NCBI RefSeq assembly: GCF_040938485.1 | Contig: NW_027270979.1 | Location: 434,001-498,000 of the forward strand | DNA length: 64,000 nt | Source of the DNA: Diadema antillarum | Lineage: Eukaryota | Reading direction: 5' to 3' | Shown here: positions 13,198-27,174 of the stretch, in pieces | How positions within the stretch are numbered: the first letter of the stretch is position 1 | Layout: every line of letters starts with the position of its first letter | Position numbers and translations under genes: made by a program | The notes under the pieces: generated by a model | The model's input: only the letters and a program-made list of their open reading frames with translations | Told to the model about the DNA's origin: nothing | The model's database searches: none

Positions 13198-16100
13198 GGT
13201 GACCAAAACATGAACAGACATCCACTGAGTCAAGGGTAGTAGCAATCGATCAGAGCATCGCCTTGGAGACTGGATCAAGAAAAGCTTTATCGTAGCAAGG
13301 GATTGACGCTGAAATCATTGCATAACATAACGCAATTTTTTTTGCAATGTAAATTAATACCTTCACGATAAATTGTCGCATGTTCTACCAGAGAGATGAC
13401 ACCACCTTAAAGGTGTCTCCAGCACCAAAAGAAGAAGGAGGAAAAAATTTTACAAAGTGCCTTTAAAATCTGGCAGTCATTTTGAGCAAACAATGCTCAT
13501 GCTCAATATTCTGGGAGCAAATGCCAAAATTGGGTAAGAAGTGACGGAAACTGTGAGGCTTTGTAAACAAGGATTACTATATGAAAAATAGAGGGACAGA
13601 GCCTAAGCCTCATGAAAAGGACAATTAAAGCTACAGAAAACAAAACAAACATTATCAATCAAATTGTTCTTTCTACCGGTAATTATACGTTGGCCATACC
13701 ACCAATCAAGAAACTGTACAGATGGGAAATTCATTCTTGGCCTTTTTGTGTTTTTTCCAAAATATTGCAACAGTTCCCCGGCCCGGAGCGGCTCACCGAA
13801 GAATCCTGGCTCGCCTGGCCAGACATCATTTCCGACCAGGCATGATGGATTACTAATTGCTTCTACCCTGGGCTAGATCTCGAGTGTTTTAAGGTTGCCT
13901 GATTGTCTCTCTTACTACAAGTATAAGCCCATGTGATGACAATAGGCACAAAGATGAATGAATATATTCAGGAATAAAGAGTGATATGCTGATACTTTAC
14001 TCATTGTTACTGTTACAAGGAAATATGCATACATACATATATATATTTCTATAAATATATATATACACACGCATGTATATATTATCATATATTTATAATT
14101 GTACAAACATAAGTGCTTTGTAACATGTTTAAAAGCGCTATATAAATATTTCATATTACTATTATTATTATATGTATAAAATCTGTGTGTTTGGATGTGT
14201 ACATGTCATGAATGTAATCATTTTTTTTCCCCCTGGGGGATAAGAAACGTCATAATTGCAATACAGGAGTCGATTTTCTTACAGCCTATACGAATCGTTT
14301 CACACTGAAACATTTCCTGCACAGCTCTTGCAAATTTCCCTTGCTTCTCAGTATGGCAGCACATTCCCTCTTTCTTTTCCCCCGAGCATTACGCAGCATT
14401 TCTCTGACAGATTGACCTGTGCAAGTGAACAGTACGGTCTGACTGTTTGTGAAATGCGAGCGAACAATTGGTCGGGCAAATTTGGGGGAAAATCCCTTGT
14501 TTTTCCCCCAGTAGATGGCATATTGTCCTTTTCGCAACACATCAATATAATATGAAGAGCTCCATTCCAAAAGGTGCTAAATCCATTTTTCATCAAACTG
14601 GACTTTTTGACAGAAATGTATTCATTTCTAGTAGTCCCACACAGTAGACTCTTCAAAATACTGAATTTCTTGTGAGAAAATGGAGAAAGCAGGCAATGGG
14701 AAAAAAATGAGTTTCGTTCCAAAAGGTAGTAAATCCATTTCTGTTAGGTTTCAAAAGGCTCTCCATCCCACAGGACCCAGTCAGAAAGCCATGTGCATGC
14801 TTGACCGCACTTTGATCCCAGAGTAAGGCAAGACTTGCTAGTTTTCCTGCCTGTGTAGCTTTTCCGACGATCCATATATTACATGATTATTACCTGTGAA
14901 ATGTTTCATTCCAACGCATATAAATTCTTTGGAGAAATGGAGGAAACTGGTGGAAAAATGGAAGAAACGGGAGGAGAATGTGTAGAGATAACAAATCTTC
15001 CCATAAAAATTCACACAAAGTCACAAAAACTAGTCACTAAAACTTTGTTGATGTGTTGTACATCACCGTGCTAAAACTTGTTCCAAAAGGTGCGAAATCC
15101 ACAAATTCACATCAAAAATATTAATTCTTTTAATACCAGTGAAGACACTAAGATTTATTTGAGACACATTTTCTTTATCCAATTATGGGGTAATATTGTT
15201 GGACATCAAGTTATTGAATAAAAAACACTTAGAAGTATGTGAAATTTTGTTTTGTTTTGTTTTTTAATTACCATCTTAAGTGTATTAAGCACCTGTTGGA
15301 AAAGAACTCTTTGTATAAAGGCTCTTAAAAAAGTTATGATAAGAATCACTGGGGTCACTACCAGGGCTTCATAGTCTCATTTATGTCACATATCATTCAG
15401 AAAGTTATATCAATAAAATTACTCTACCTCAAATAAAACTGACATCTCAACTTTTTTTTTCTCTCACAAATAATGTCTGAAGATGATTTTTGTCAGGATT
15501 CACCCAAATCCTGTATGGATGATCTCCGATACCACCCCCTTCACCTTTCTAAGGTACTGCAGTCAGGTAGCTGATGTTTGTTTCTTTCTTTCTTTCTTTC
15601 CAGGCATGTGAGCCTATGCATACCAATTCATATTTACAAACTATTTGTCCACACAAAGTATTAATTCTGTTTTCAACAGATTCTCCAAAGGCTACAGCCA
15701 TCTATTTGTTGGAGCTATAGATCTTATGTACAAGTGCTGATGGAAATGTATGATCGCATACTGTTATTTCCATAACGATCAACTACCAAGATCTGGAGTG
15801 ATGCAGCATCGTATTGATACTTTGGTAGGCGTTGTCGTCCCCAGAGTGCACCGATATGATGAGCCGCTGGTCGTGGGCCCGACCGCGCAATGCTTAGGAT
15901 GAGAAACGCCTCGCCTCTGCAGGGGTTCTTGATTACATGTATCAAGTTATGACTTGCTCCCTCCATCGCAAATGAGATTGGCACCGCAGAGCAGGAAATA
16001 GCATGATGCCGTCTAAATTACTCTCTTTTCTCCCGACTTATCTCCACGACGACACCTCATCCCACTCAACACCTCTCTTCCTCTCCTCTTCCTTCTCTGT

Positions 16101-16605
16101 TTTTTTTTTTCATTTCATGTCTCAGATCTCCTTTTCTACCCCTCTCATTTGTAATATTTCTAACTCTACTTTCCATCAGTCCCCTCTCCTTCTCAAATTT
16201 TCTTTCCACCTTTCGGTCCATCCCCTCCCCATCCTTGGTTTTTACATTATTTATCTTTCAACTCTCAAAATCTCTACCTTTCCAGTTTTATCTTCTTTGA
16301 ATCTTCCTCCCTTCCCCTCTTCCTTCTCTTCATTTGTCTTTTCAACTCAGCCTCTCAGAGCTCAACAATATTTTTACATACCTCTATTCACATCTTCCTG
16401 TCTTTCATACCATCTTTCTCCAAATACTCCTTTCTTTCTCTCTGCACCTGTATCTTTCTTTCCCTCTATCAATCTTTCAAACATATTCTTATATGACTCT
16501 CCAATTATACCTCCAAACTAATACGGGATAATAGGACTTATTTCATCTACTGTATATCAGAGCAGAAATTTTTACATGAGCAAGTTTTTGTGATCATCTG
16601 GGTGA

Positions 16606-16667
16606 AACAAACAAACAAACAAACAAACAAACAAACAAACAGACAAACAAACAAACAAACAAACAAA
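16606..16667. repeat. (AAAC)n microsatellite
   Basis: Directly visible. Confidence 0.95.
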
Positions 16668-17862
16668 CGTGTGTGTATTTTAATTCTGCAGAATCAAAGA
16701 GATGAAGTATTAATACAAATGAGAAGTAAAACTATTTGCATGTTTTTATTTTTGCCCCAGTTTCATAATGCGGGAGAGAAATGCGCTAAATTTCCGCTTT
16801 CGCAGTATTTAGATGACAGAGCTCCTCATTCAAACGACCTCCAGATTTAACTAGATGGGATTGGATGACCTGAAAAGAGAATAAACTGGGGAAGAAGAAG
16901 AAACCACGAAGAAGATGTAGAAGAAGAAAACAAAGAAGAAGATGAAGAAGAAGAAGACAAAAAAAGGGTACCCTGTAACTTGAAATGACAACTCTTTTGA
17001 ATCAATCCCCAGTAACAAGTGGAGTAATGAGTGGGACACACGAACGCAGGCCAAGTTCAAAGTCAAGACGAGATGAGAAGGAGGGAGAAGAGGAGGGATC
17101 GATGTGCCCAGCATCCAGGGACTTAACCCCGGGAGCATTGACGCCTCAGACAAACACATCTCAGACGAGTTGGATTCCTCGAGGAGCGTATTACCGTCTG
17201 CTCGTTAGAGGATCCCTGCTCAGCAAACCGGAGGAGGCATGCTTGATTACCATCTATTACGAGTCTACTGTATCATTAAAAGGATCCTCTCATCGTCAAC
17301 CCAGCATTCTCCTTTTTTTTTTTAAATTGAAAGAAATAAAAAAAAAAACTCATGCAATATGTATTCAATGTCACTTGTAAAAGACATCTAAAGACCATGC
17401 TTAGCTTTACATTTCATGCTGTTTTTCATATACCTTAAGCTTAACTTCCAAACTACTTATGAATAGCCCATTTGAGGGTAATATCTTGCATCAGAAGTAT
17501 CTATCAACGAAACAGAACTTATCAAATTCTTGATAGAGTAGCCAGTTTGAAAACGGGTCTAAAAACAGGTGATTAAGTCACAAATCATTCTTTGTGTGCT
17601 TGTGTGTGTAATTTTTACGTTTATGATACAATATCTTGAATATTACAAAGTTGCTATGAAAACTAGGTAATTTCATTCAAAATCTCATTAGCACATCTTG
17701 ATATAACTCGTATGATGGATTTCGATTGATAAAATTTTGTCGTAAGGAATATTCTATTGTTAGCAGAGCCCTACAGATTTACAAGACATCCATGGCTCGG
17801 TTCATTGTCTGTCAAAAGTGCAGGGCAAATTAGAGTCTAACAAGTCGGGACATGTCGTACAC

Positions 17863-17915
17863 CTTGCGTGATCCTACTGGATCCTCGAACCTTTCTAGGA
17901 TCAGCCTCGTGGATT
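17863..17915 (-). CDS. Internal coding exon (RIHEADPRKVRGSSRITQ), phase 2-1
   Basis: Acceptor aaagtatttgcag| and donor AAG|gtgtac. 53 nt. The alternative acceptor at 17945 gives a stop codon in this frame. Confidence 0.55.
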
Positions 17916-18037
17916 CTGCAAATACTTTGGAATCAGCAGAGAATCCTGCATACCAATCAATGATGTGACGATAGCAGTTAGAATTTACTGATACAGGTGG
18001 ATTAGAATCCCCCTCCCCCAAGCACATGCACACACCC

Positions 18038-18070
<33 letters not shown>
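18038..18070. repeat. (CA)n microsatellite
   Basis: Directly visible. Confidence 0.95.
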
Positions 18071-18074
<4 letters not shown>

Positions 18075-18226
18075 CTAAATGGAATTAGCATAGGAATGAG
18101 TTATAAATAGTCAGGGAACCCCTGGTATGGTTATTTTTACACAGCATGTTCACCACTATAGAATATCAAAGCATGATGTCATAGTCATTCATCACCATGG
18201 AGACTGGTTCTTAGAAACAGCCTCAC

Positions 18227-18267
18227 CTGGCTTGAGTGTTTACGCTCGCGCCTGGTTCCAACCCAAG
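18227..18267 (-). CDS. Internal coding exon (LGLEPGASVNTQA), phase 0-2
   Basis: Acceptor tcttttgttgtag| and donor CAG|gtgagg. 41 nt, GC-rich, phase-compatible with both neighbours. Confidence 0.65.
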
Positions 18268-19102
18268 CTACAACAAAAGACTGTGACATCATCACTTTGG
18301 TACCGGTAAAGTGGTTCCGGTACTCATATTTTGAGCATAGATACATTCTGATCACGTTTCTATTAGTGTGTTGTCCATCATTTGAATGTGATCTTTTCAA
18401 TGTATTTTACTTTTTTATCTTTTCATTTTTTTTTCAAGTGTGCAGGCTGATGTTTATGTGTTAGTCCAGAGCAAAAGAGTGTTTGTCTATGGCAGGGTGT
18501 GGGTAGGGTAGTTAAATGGGTAGGTACTGAATACATGGGTGTGTACAATGTGTTTACATGGAAGAGGGTGAGGTCTTGTTGATTCATGGATTGTGATCCG
18601 TGGATTAATGGGATATTCAGAGTTGGCATTAGACAATGGATGTGACCCTGGAATTATCGTAGAATAGGATGGGGGGGGGGGGGAGGTGCTGGGGACTAGG
18701 GTAGTATTCCTCTGATCACAAAGCCATTGATGTATGTGTATATCTCTTTGTTTGTTTGTTTATCGTGCACATTGCTGTAACTGTATAACATGGCATGTTG
18801 ATGTGTACTTGCTTCTGAAGGTGTGCGCAGTCATGTTAACCAGCACATGATGAGTGCCACACATGCTTGTTTACGCCCACAAACAGCTCGCAATAATCAT
18901 CCATGCCTACTGATCGCGGCTGAATGGTGCGGTGTGCATGAACGACTCCCACTGTTTCGGCAAATGCCTACGTAACCCCCGGCATCACCCGCATGGTCGT
19001 AGAGGACTTTTCGCCAGAGGGGGGTATTGTGCTTCACTTGATGTCTCTAGAGCAAATCTGGCAGTGGAGGATCATCAGATTGGCTCTGTCTAAAAACTTA
19101 AT

Positions 19103-19403
19103 GGCCCAAATTCACGAAGGTGGTACAAATGAAACCATGGTTTAAACCATGGACAAAAACCATGGAGCACCCAGTGTCGCACGGAATATTTCATTACGAA
19201 ATTGGTCATTTCGTCGACAAAATGACCGTTTCGTTAACAAAATTATCATTTCGTGGACAAAATGTTCATTTAGTTACAAAATGTTGTCATTTTGTTACAA
19301 AATAATAATTTCATCGAAGAAATGACTGATTTCGTAACGAAATATTCCATGCGACAATTGGCGCTCCATGGTTTCATTTGTACCACCTTCGTGATTTCGG
19401 GCC
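19103..19403. mobile_element. Harbinger-like MITE with 38-bp TIRs and an internal ~22-bp minisatellite
   Basis: GGCCCAAATTCACGAAGGTGGTACAAATGAAACCATGG and its inverse (2 mismatches); AAT on both flanks. About 7 copies of tcatttcgtNNacaaaat inside. Confidence 0.85.
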
Positions 19404-19425
19404 AATGAGAACATATTGCAGGGTA

Positions 19426-19518
19426 TTAACCTGTTGAGGACGGACTGATTTCGCTACTACACGCATTTCCCATAGACACCTGCCCGAGTATACTCGGGAC
19501 TCGTCCCCAACGGGTTAA
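19426..19518. mobile_element. 93-bp TTAA-flanked piggyBac-like MITE, copy 1
   Basis: TTAACCTGTTGAGGACG...CGTCCCCAACGGGTTAA, with internal palindrome CCCGAGTATACTCGGG. Confidence 0.85.
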
Positions 19519-19635
19519 GGGCTAGTGGAGTACCAGGCCAGTATCTAACACAGATTCATCAATACATCATATACCATGTACATGCCATTTTCTCCCACAG
19601 ATCTTGGGTTCATCTTCACCCCATGCCACTCTCAC

Positions 19636-19746
19636 CTCCACCGCCCGTTCTTGGTAACGGTCAAGCATCAGCTGGATGACCGCACATGACCGGCTGAGAG
19701 CTAGCGTAAAATTGGAGAAGGTGATGGTGATCTTGGCACGTGTCCC
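19636..19746 (-). CDS. Internal coding exon (GTRAKITITFSNFTLALSRSCAVIQLMLDRYQERAVE), phase 0-0
   Basis: Only one open frame. 25 of 37 third codon positions are G/C in an AT-rich background. Donor GAG|gtgaga; acceptor aatcag| has a weak pyrimidine tract. Confidence 0.7.
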
Positions 19747-22700
19747 CTGATTATCACAAGTTTGGTTTGACTTTGGCACGAACAACACAGTTGCTCTTTA
19801 CTGTTTGATAGGTCCTGGTCACTGATGGGTGTGCCACGCAAGATAGATATTATAAAGGCCATCACACATTTTGCCAATTAAATTCATACCTATCATCTAT
19901 TCAACACAAGCACCCACCATATTGTTTTGTTTGTTTTTTTCTATAATGTCTCAACAACCACATTTCCTTGGTTTGAAATTGTATCTTTTTGTTATTTTCT
20001 TTTATTTTTAACTATTATCATTCATTGCTACTGTACTATAGGGAAGAGTATGAGATTTTGTTTCATGTACAATAATTAGTTGTTCATGTACAATTGTTTC
20101 AGTAGCTAAATCTTTCAAAGACGCTTGTATTGCAGATACTTAATTGCTGATTCTACAACTGATTCTTCAATTGGCATTAAATTCAGACAAACTGAATTTC
20201 CTGTTTCTCTCAAATCAGCAAATCTGTGTTAATATCTGTCTCATTCTATGCAATCAAATGCATTTTAGCTTACTCCACTACAAGATATGCAGAGATATGC
20301 AGATTCAGTGCTGCCAATATAATGCTAACAATATGACAATTTCTACAGCAAGACTTCCCCAGTACTTAATGGATGAAGTTATCTTTATGTATACAAAATA
20401 ATCTTTTCAAAGAGAAATCTGTCAACGCATAAGGGCCAAGCCATTATTGCACCATCATGGGCCATTTCCATCCTAGAGCACGAAGGATATCACCGCCAGG
20501 GCATGTAGTTTCCGTCACAAATCAAGACTGATAGGAACATTATTGAGCAATCGATGTAGGTGGCTGGAGAGCCATTCCGCCACAGAGATATATACACGAT
20601 TCTGCATGTGCCTTTAGCATGAACATATCATCCAATCTGGAACTTGAATGGGAATTAGGAAAGTGATTCACAGTGAAAAAGTGAGGTGGGTGGGCTGGAA
20701 CTCTTGGAGAAATTTATAACATGATGATGATGATGATGCAGAGAAGCGACAGTGAGAAATAAATCACAATGTGATGACTCCCGGAAAATCCGAGCAAAAG
20801 ATTGAACAACTACATGAAACATTTGAAATTGAAATTGCACACAGTATCCTCTCCTTGTCAATTCGAGTTCATTTTCAGTTGTAAGCTTCTCCCTTCTGTC
20901 AAATAATGTATCTTCGGTACTAATCAATCACAGTAAGATAACTGCATGCACACAATTTCAGTCTTCATCCCTCAGTTTCTCTCGTGTTTAGGTCTTTCCT
21001 TACATTTTCCTCCTTTTTTTTGTAAATTGACTTGATTTCATACACATATATCTTTTTTTTTAATCCTGAATTAAATCACATTTTCCTCATCCTCAAATTT
21101 TCAGGTCTTTGATGACATTTAATACGTCTGTTTTCTATGTTGTTCCATATTCTTTCATAGTGCTATTTTCCGCTATTTGACTATCAGCAGTAGATGTAGA
21201 GTTACTACAGAGGCCACAGATGTGTTGCCTACCAAGGGTCTCCAAGGGATATGATGGCAATCTATATTCCATGAATATGATGACACAAAAGCGATATACA
21301 ACTGAAAAACACAAGCAAATTGGACAAATTCTCAAAAATGTAACCTTACTTGTGTGTACACCCTAACAACAACAGCAACAACACCGTCCTTTTGTACCAG
21401 ACATTTGCAAGGACTCACGAACATACCATCATAAATATCTCAGTCAAAATGTATGAGAAGTCATAGTGCAATTTCCCCGAGTCCATAAACTCTGAAGTCT
21501 GAAACATATTATGGTATACATGCGCTGGAAAAGCCACAGCCAAGAATGAAATCGAAGCCAAGGGAATGCACTCACTATATGCCTGATTCTAATGTCTACA
21601 TCTCTACACAAACACTGCGGCAGCAGCACTCGCCACAGCTCCGCACGCCATTGACACTCGGTGAATGGGCATCTACGTCAGCAGGGCATGCAGCTCCACA
21701 ACAGCTATTTTTATTCCATGTTTACCAAGTGATGAGAATTGTTGGAATATAGCGGGGACAGTAATTAGCTCATTTTCATGTCATCTTTGCACTTTCAAAT
21801 TCAATTTTCAGACCAGTGATACTTGTGTGAGCCAAAAAAAAAAAATGAAAAAATGAAAGGAAAACTTGCTATTGTTAAACACAAATACAAGCAGAATCAA
21901 TTAAAGTCTTTTGTTGCTTTTTTTATAGCTCTTCTGCTTTTCTTTCTTTCTCTCTTTCTCTTTCTTCCATATCCGTGCAATTCTACACATATCATTGATT
22001 ATCTCTTACCACGTAAATTGAACCATACACTTCCAAAGTCACCGCCTAATCAGGTTAAGGCACATTCCAAACCTTGGCAAGAGCATGCACACACATTTGC
22101 TGTTGTTGTTGTTGTTATTGTAGGGGTGCATCGTTTTTGTTCCCATAGCATAGGTGTGCCAAGACTTGTTCAGTGCTCATCCAATAATCCGGGATCGCTT
22201 TAACGGGGAAACACCTCTGATGTGCAACAGAATTCAGAATCGGAACCACTGAATCACGGGCTGAAGCATTTTGATTGTCCTCGATTAATGTCTAAAATGT
22301 CTCAAATGAGGGTTTTGCAATCAATGACCACAACTGCATTATTATTATTTTTTTTTTTGTAATTTGAAAGAAGAGAAAAAAAGTAGGTTATCAGGGAGAA
22401 AAAAATACTGGAGGCAACAGAGAGAAAATGTCATTCCGTATTAGATCAGAACAGAACTGAAGCCACACATAGCAGGAAATGCTTTATAAGAAATCTAATT
22501 CAATCAATACCTCAAATGCAGCATAAGAGGTGAAGCACAGTAGTAATAACTTCATTAAGCCAGCAGAAGGACACTTAATCTAAAAAAAAAAAAATAATAA
22601 TAGGTCTTCGGTAAAAATTCAATAAAAATCATCAGCCTTTAAAAGCATGGGTATACTCAGACTTTGCATTTCATAGCAAAGCCATACAACATGTTGGCCG

Positions 22701-25120
22701 GTAACAGTTTAATGCTTCTACCTATATCACACTGCTTATTCATCATTAACATTTGAAATAGCATATATAACCATGGGTGTATCTCAATATGTACACATTC
22801 ATTTCAAGTTGAAGTCAGAAATAGCAAACCTATTTTGGGCAAAGCATGACCTTTGCTTAAAAGAACTCACAGCTATCAATCACGACTTGAAACAGGGCAC
22901 CATGTGGTCGTCATGCGTCTTCTTGACACCTTCCTTCGGCTTGTAGACATTTAAACTGCCTTGTTGGGACTATGTCATGCCACGGGGGGGAAAAATAGTA
23001 TCATGCAAAATTTAACCCGCACATCGTTGGCAAGTCATAAACCATATGCCGCTCAAAAACATACTGATATAGTCTCTATCTCATCCCCTCATTCTCTCTC
23101 TCTCCCCCTCTGTCCCTGTCCCCCCCCCCTCCCCCTTTCTGTACTTCTTTCTCTCTCCCATCCTTTGTGAATCATTACCTCAGTCATCTTCACCCAACTG
23201 CTGTATCTTCCGGGGGGGCCCCCGAGTGAATAGGAATTTCTTTCTCTCTGGAATAAATCATATTTGCCGATGAGAAGTATCACACTGATGTGACATGTTT
23301 ACACAGGCAGACCCTTTACCATGGATACTACGGAGGAAAAATATCAAGTAAAATATTGTAGGGGGAGGGCGAGGGCGAGGGAATGAAAGCAAAAGAGAGA
23401 GAGAAAAAAAAAAAAGAAATATCTGATACACGTACACAACCCGAGGTGGTGGGATAGGATTTACAAAGAAGACAGCGGATGGCACAACACATGACTGTGG
23501 CAGCGAATGTTCAACCTCACGTTGCGCTTAATTGGATGCGAAGTCGAAAGAAGACATGCTAGACATACCGTATTAGCCAAAATGAGATGTGGAAAGAATG
23601 GGGGGGGGGGGGGGTAAGGGGTGGGAAATGTGAGAATATCAGGTAATCCAGTATCAGTGTTTGGGCTCACTCACTCCGTGTCTCCCCCCCCCCCCCATCT
23701 CCCTAGGGACAGCTCTGTGACAGAAGTGTGCAAATGTCACTTTTCAATGCGACAATTAGCGATAGCATTGAGAAGGATGCACCGACGAATGACACACATC
23801 CTTTCTTCATCTCTGGTGCACGTACACACACAGACGAGCATAAGTAGCCAATAAATGATAGCAAGTAGGGCAACATTACAACATATTACAAAACCACACA
23901 CACACATGCATGCATGTACACAATTAGAATACATATCTTCCCCCACCCCCATATGTTCTCCGACACAGACACACAAAAACAGACACACGCATAAACAGAC
24001 ATGCACAAACATACCTGCACAAGTTTACACGCCCTTGTTTATTTCTCTACGACCTCATCCTTTGTTTTTCTATCTCATCTGCAAACACTTTCTTTCTCTG
24101 AAGAGAAAAGGAGGTGTGGGCAATGTTTTTCGTAATCAGTCTCTGAATGGTTTTATTCATCGAAAACCATCAGAGACCCCCGCCCCCGTATGAGATAATT
24201 TACACCCTGCAGCTTTCATCGGAAAAAAACCCCAATTCAAACCAAAACACGCTTACAGCTTTCTTTTGCAAAAACAAAACAAGCAAATAAACAAACAGCG
24301 GACAGTCTGTGATACATGTTGATCTATACCACGAAAGAGTAGATATATGCTACACATGCCCAGAACTGCATCCCCCACAGAAATCTTAAATCCATCTCAT
24401 CTCCTTCTTCCTCCTCCTCCACCTCTGCCTCCTCCTCCTCCTCCTCTTTTCCCTCCGTCCTTGCCTCCCCATCCACAATCCCTATCGCCGTTATCCAAGA
24501 ATGAAGTGATTCTCCTGGCCTTTCAGGAAGGGGAGGGGGGAAAAAACCACGATGTGACTACCTAATTGGGTTGAACGAGATGGTTATGTAGAAAGTCAAT
24601 TCCGGCTGCCGGCATTCCAGAAAATGACCTTTGCGAAATGATAGAGATACAACATGCTGCAGTTATGTCTTATGCATTAGGGAGATAGAATACTACGGCA
24701 TAATATCACCAGCGTTGCTGTTTTTTTCCCCTGTAAACCTCTTTTTGATACATGAAACATGCCTTCACCGTAAGGATTTCATTTTTTTGAATATCCGGAT
24801 TTATGTGGCGACAGCAGATAAGAGGATGGCATCGCGACATTGCAGCAAATCCATGAAAGAAGGACAAATGATGCTAATATATGTGACCCTGCATCACAAA
24901 ACCACCAAAAAGTCACTCGGTATGAATTTTTAGTAAAGGGCAGATTCTGAAAGAGCAGACTCTACGCTTTGAAATAGCATATTATAGCTCAACACAAATG
25001 GACTTTCCTAGCCCATTTCAATAATAGAAAGAGAATACACCGTCTTGAAAAAAAGTGTTCACTGAGAAAAGAAGCTTTGGAGCTTACAGATTATTAAAAT
25101 GCCTAATCTCACCTAACTGT

Positions 25121-25264
25121 NNNNNNNNNNNNNNNNNNNNNNNNNNNNNNNNNNNNNNNNNNNNNNNNNNNNNNNNNNNNNNNNNNNNNNNNNNNNNNNN
25201 NNNNNNNNNNNNNNNNNNNNNNNNNNNNNNNNNNNNNNNNNNNNNNNNNNNNNNNNNNNNNNNN
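25121..25264. other. Assembly gap (N run)
   Basis: Run of N. Confidence 1.
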
Positions 25265-26320
25265 ATACATCTAGCAACCACAGTGAAGGTATTACTATCT
25301 TCAGCTGAAATTTTGCACATTCAGTAAGTTCATTCTATTTGTGAATAATATCAACTTTCAATATAATAGCACAATCCTTTCAAAAGGTATTCAAATTCAA
25401 AGTGTAGGATGTGCGAAGAGTTTTCAAGAAATGAAAAGGAACCTCATACACATACCTTTAGAATCAAATGCATGAGACAATATGTTCCAGAAAAACTGTA
25501 AAAAGAAAAATTTCCCATCATTTTATGATCCCCAAATTTTACAAATATGTAGTAGAATTATGTTTTCAGAAAATGTAAAAAGTTACAAATTGACTACGGA
25601 GTCCAATTCCACCAAATTTGAATTGTCATGTGTAACTGGGTTGTATGACTTTTTGTAGGTTTCGTGATGCAATGTCACATGATATAAAAGCAGTTTCATA
25701 ACTGTCCATTCCTTCACATATATACATATATTGATGAAAAATGACTTTTAGATGGAAAATAGATGGAAAATAGATGATTTAGAAAAGTGAACTTCTAAAA
25801 AAAAAAAAAAAAAATCCATAAACCAGCACAGAACAGCTGAATACAACTGTTCACACATAACAAAACTGTAATCTGAAATTAAGACTGGGCTTTTCATTTG
25901 AACCATATGGAGCATCCACCAAATAGGGATTTGATTTCAAATCTATAACATCCAAACAGTCAAACAAAAGCACCATGCTTCTTTCCTGCCCCGGCTCTAA
26001 CACTGCATCAAAACCACCTCAATGAAGTCATTATGCCACCAGGAAGTACGTTGCAAAAGGTATAATACCATACGGATGAGGCTTAATGTACATCTTCATC
26101 ACTCGCCGATTCAAAATCACGATCATATTATGACTCTAATTCTCCACTAGAGCACTGACACTTTGTTCGTGACTCACCACAGGAAATGTAACATTTGTAA
26201 CATGTTATACCTTGCACCAGGGATATCAAATTGACAGATGATAATGGAACACAACTGTCCAATTTCATCCTCATTGCTGTTACAACATGTGATTATTAGT
26301 TGTTTTTTTTTCCATCCTAG

Positions 26321-26482
26321 GTGGATATCAATACTTTCCACAAACTCTGGGAATTATTACGCAAAGATGCTGGCGGCACAAAAGGTGGGAAACATTTCAA
26401 ACCACCAATAGTACCGCTCCTGGAAGAAGAAGAAGTGGTGCGTATTATCGGCAAGCCTCCAAACCAGAACGACGACGATTAG
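26321..26482 (+). CDS. Possible antisense nested exon (VDINTFHKLWELLRKDAGGTKGGKHFKPPIVPLLEEEEVVRIIGKPPNQNDDD*)
   Basis: Strong acceptor tttttttttccatcctag|GTG. Frame 0 runs to TAG at 26480-26482; a possible donor GTG|gtgcgt follows 26437. No partner + exons identified. Confidence 0.4.
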   Translation: MDINTFHKLWELLRKDAGGTKGGKHFKPPIVPLLEEEEVVRIIGKPPNQNDDD

Positions 26483-27174
26483 ATGGGAGGAGATGGCTCT
26501 CCGAAACGGATATTGATTCCGTTTGCCGAGTAATTTTTGCAGAAAGTGGTTGTTACGATATTGGGGCAGAGTAATGGGGAGTGTCAGCACATCACAACAA
26601 TCCGATATTTGATTTCAAAACTGTACAACATAGAGTGCCTACTGGTGGAAGGGACCAAGGCTTGTTGGGGGGGGGGGGCTGGGGGGGGGGGGAGGGTTTA
26701 TTCCAAATGATCAAAAGAAGTACTGAGAGGATTGCTCTCGACAAGGACAGGAAATAAGGCATCAGAAGCCAAATCAGAAATGGGCACGACATATGAGCAT
26801 GCCAAAAAATCTGGACTGCAGATACACTTCATTGTCTTGTCTCATTTACCCCATGCTCATCAGAGATGGATGCGGTAGGGGTGGGCAGGATAGGATGAAT
26901 GTTAAAAAAAAAGAAGCATCTCCTTTCATCTGAATCAAACAGCTCAATAAACCATACATTTTCTAAAATACTCAAATAACTGCAGAAACCAGAAACAAAA
27001 GCAACACATATAATACATCTAGCAATATTATTAAAAAACAGTTTCAACACAATTTTACAAACTTAATCATCATTCCAAAATCTACTTTGATATTCAAATC
27101 ATGATAGTGAAAACTAACACAAATATATACAGTATAGCTGCAATAATGAAAATATGACTGTTCACATTTTATAT

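Noticed and set aside
13407-13466. Further TTAAAGG Kolobok-like ends (13407-13466, about 8278-8626, 43288, 52787)
   Set aside because: Too short or degenerate to delimit confidently, so not listed as features.
17863-17945. Alternative frame FSADSKVFAESTRLILERFEDPVGSRK, loosely like the Scm3/HJURP helix
   Set aside because: The similarity is weak and by eye only. This frame is phase-incompatible with the flanking 18227 and 12710 exons.
19636-19746. CUB-domain-like KITITFSNFTL motif
   Set aside because: The following DY(L/V)EIYDG-type segment and the flanking CUB strands are absent.
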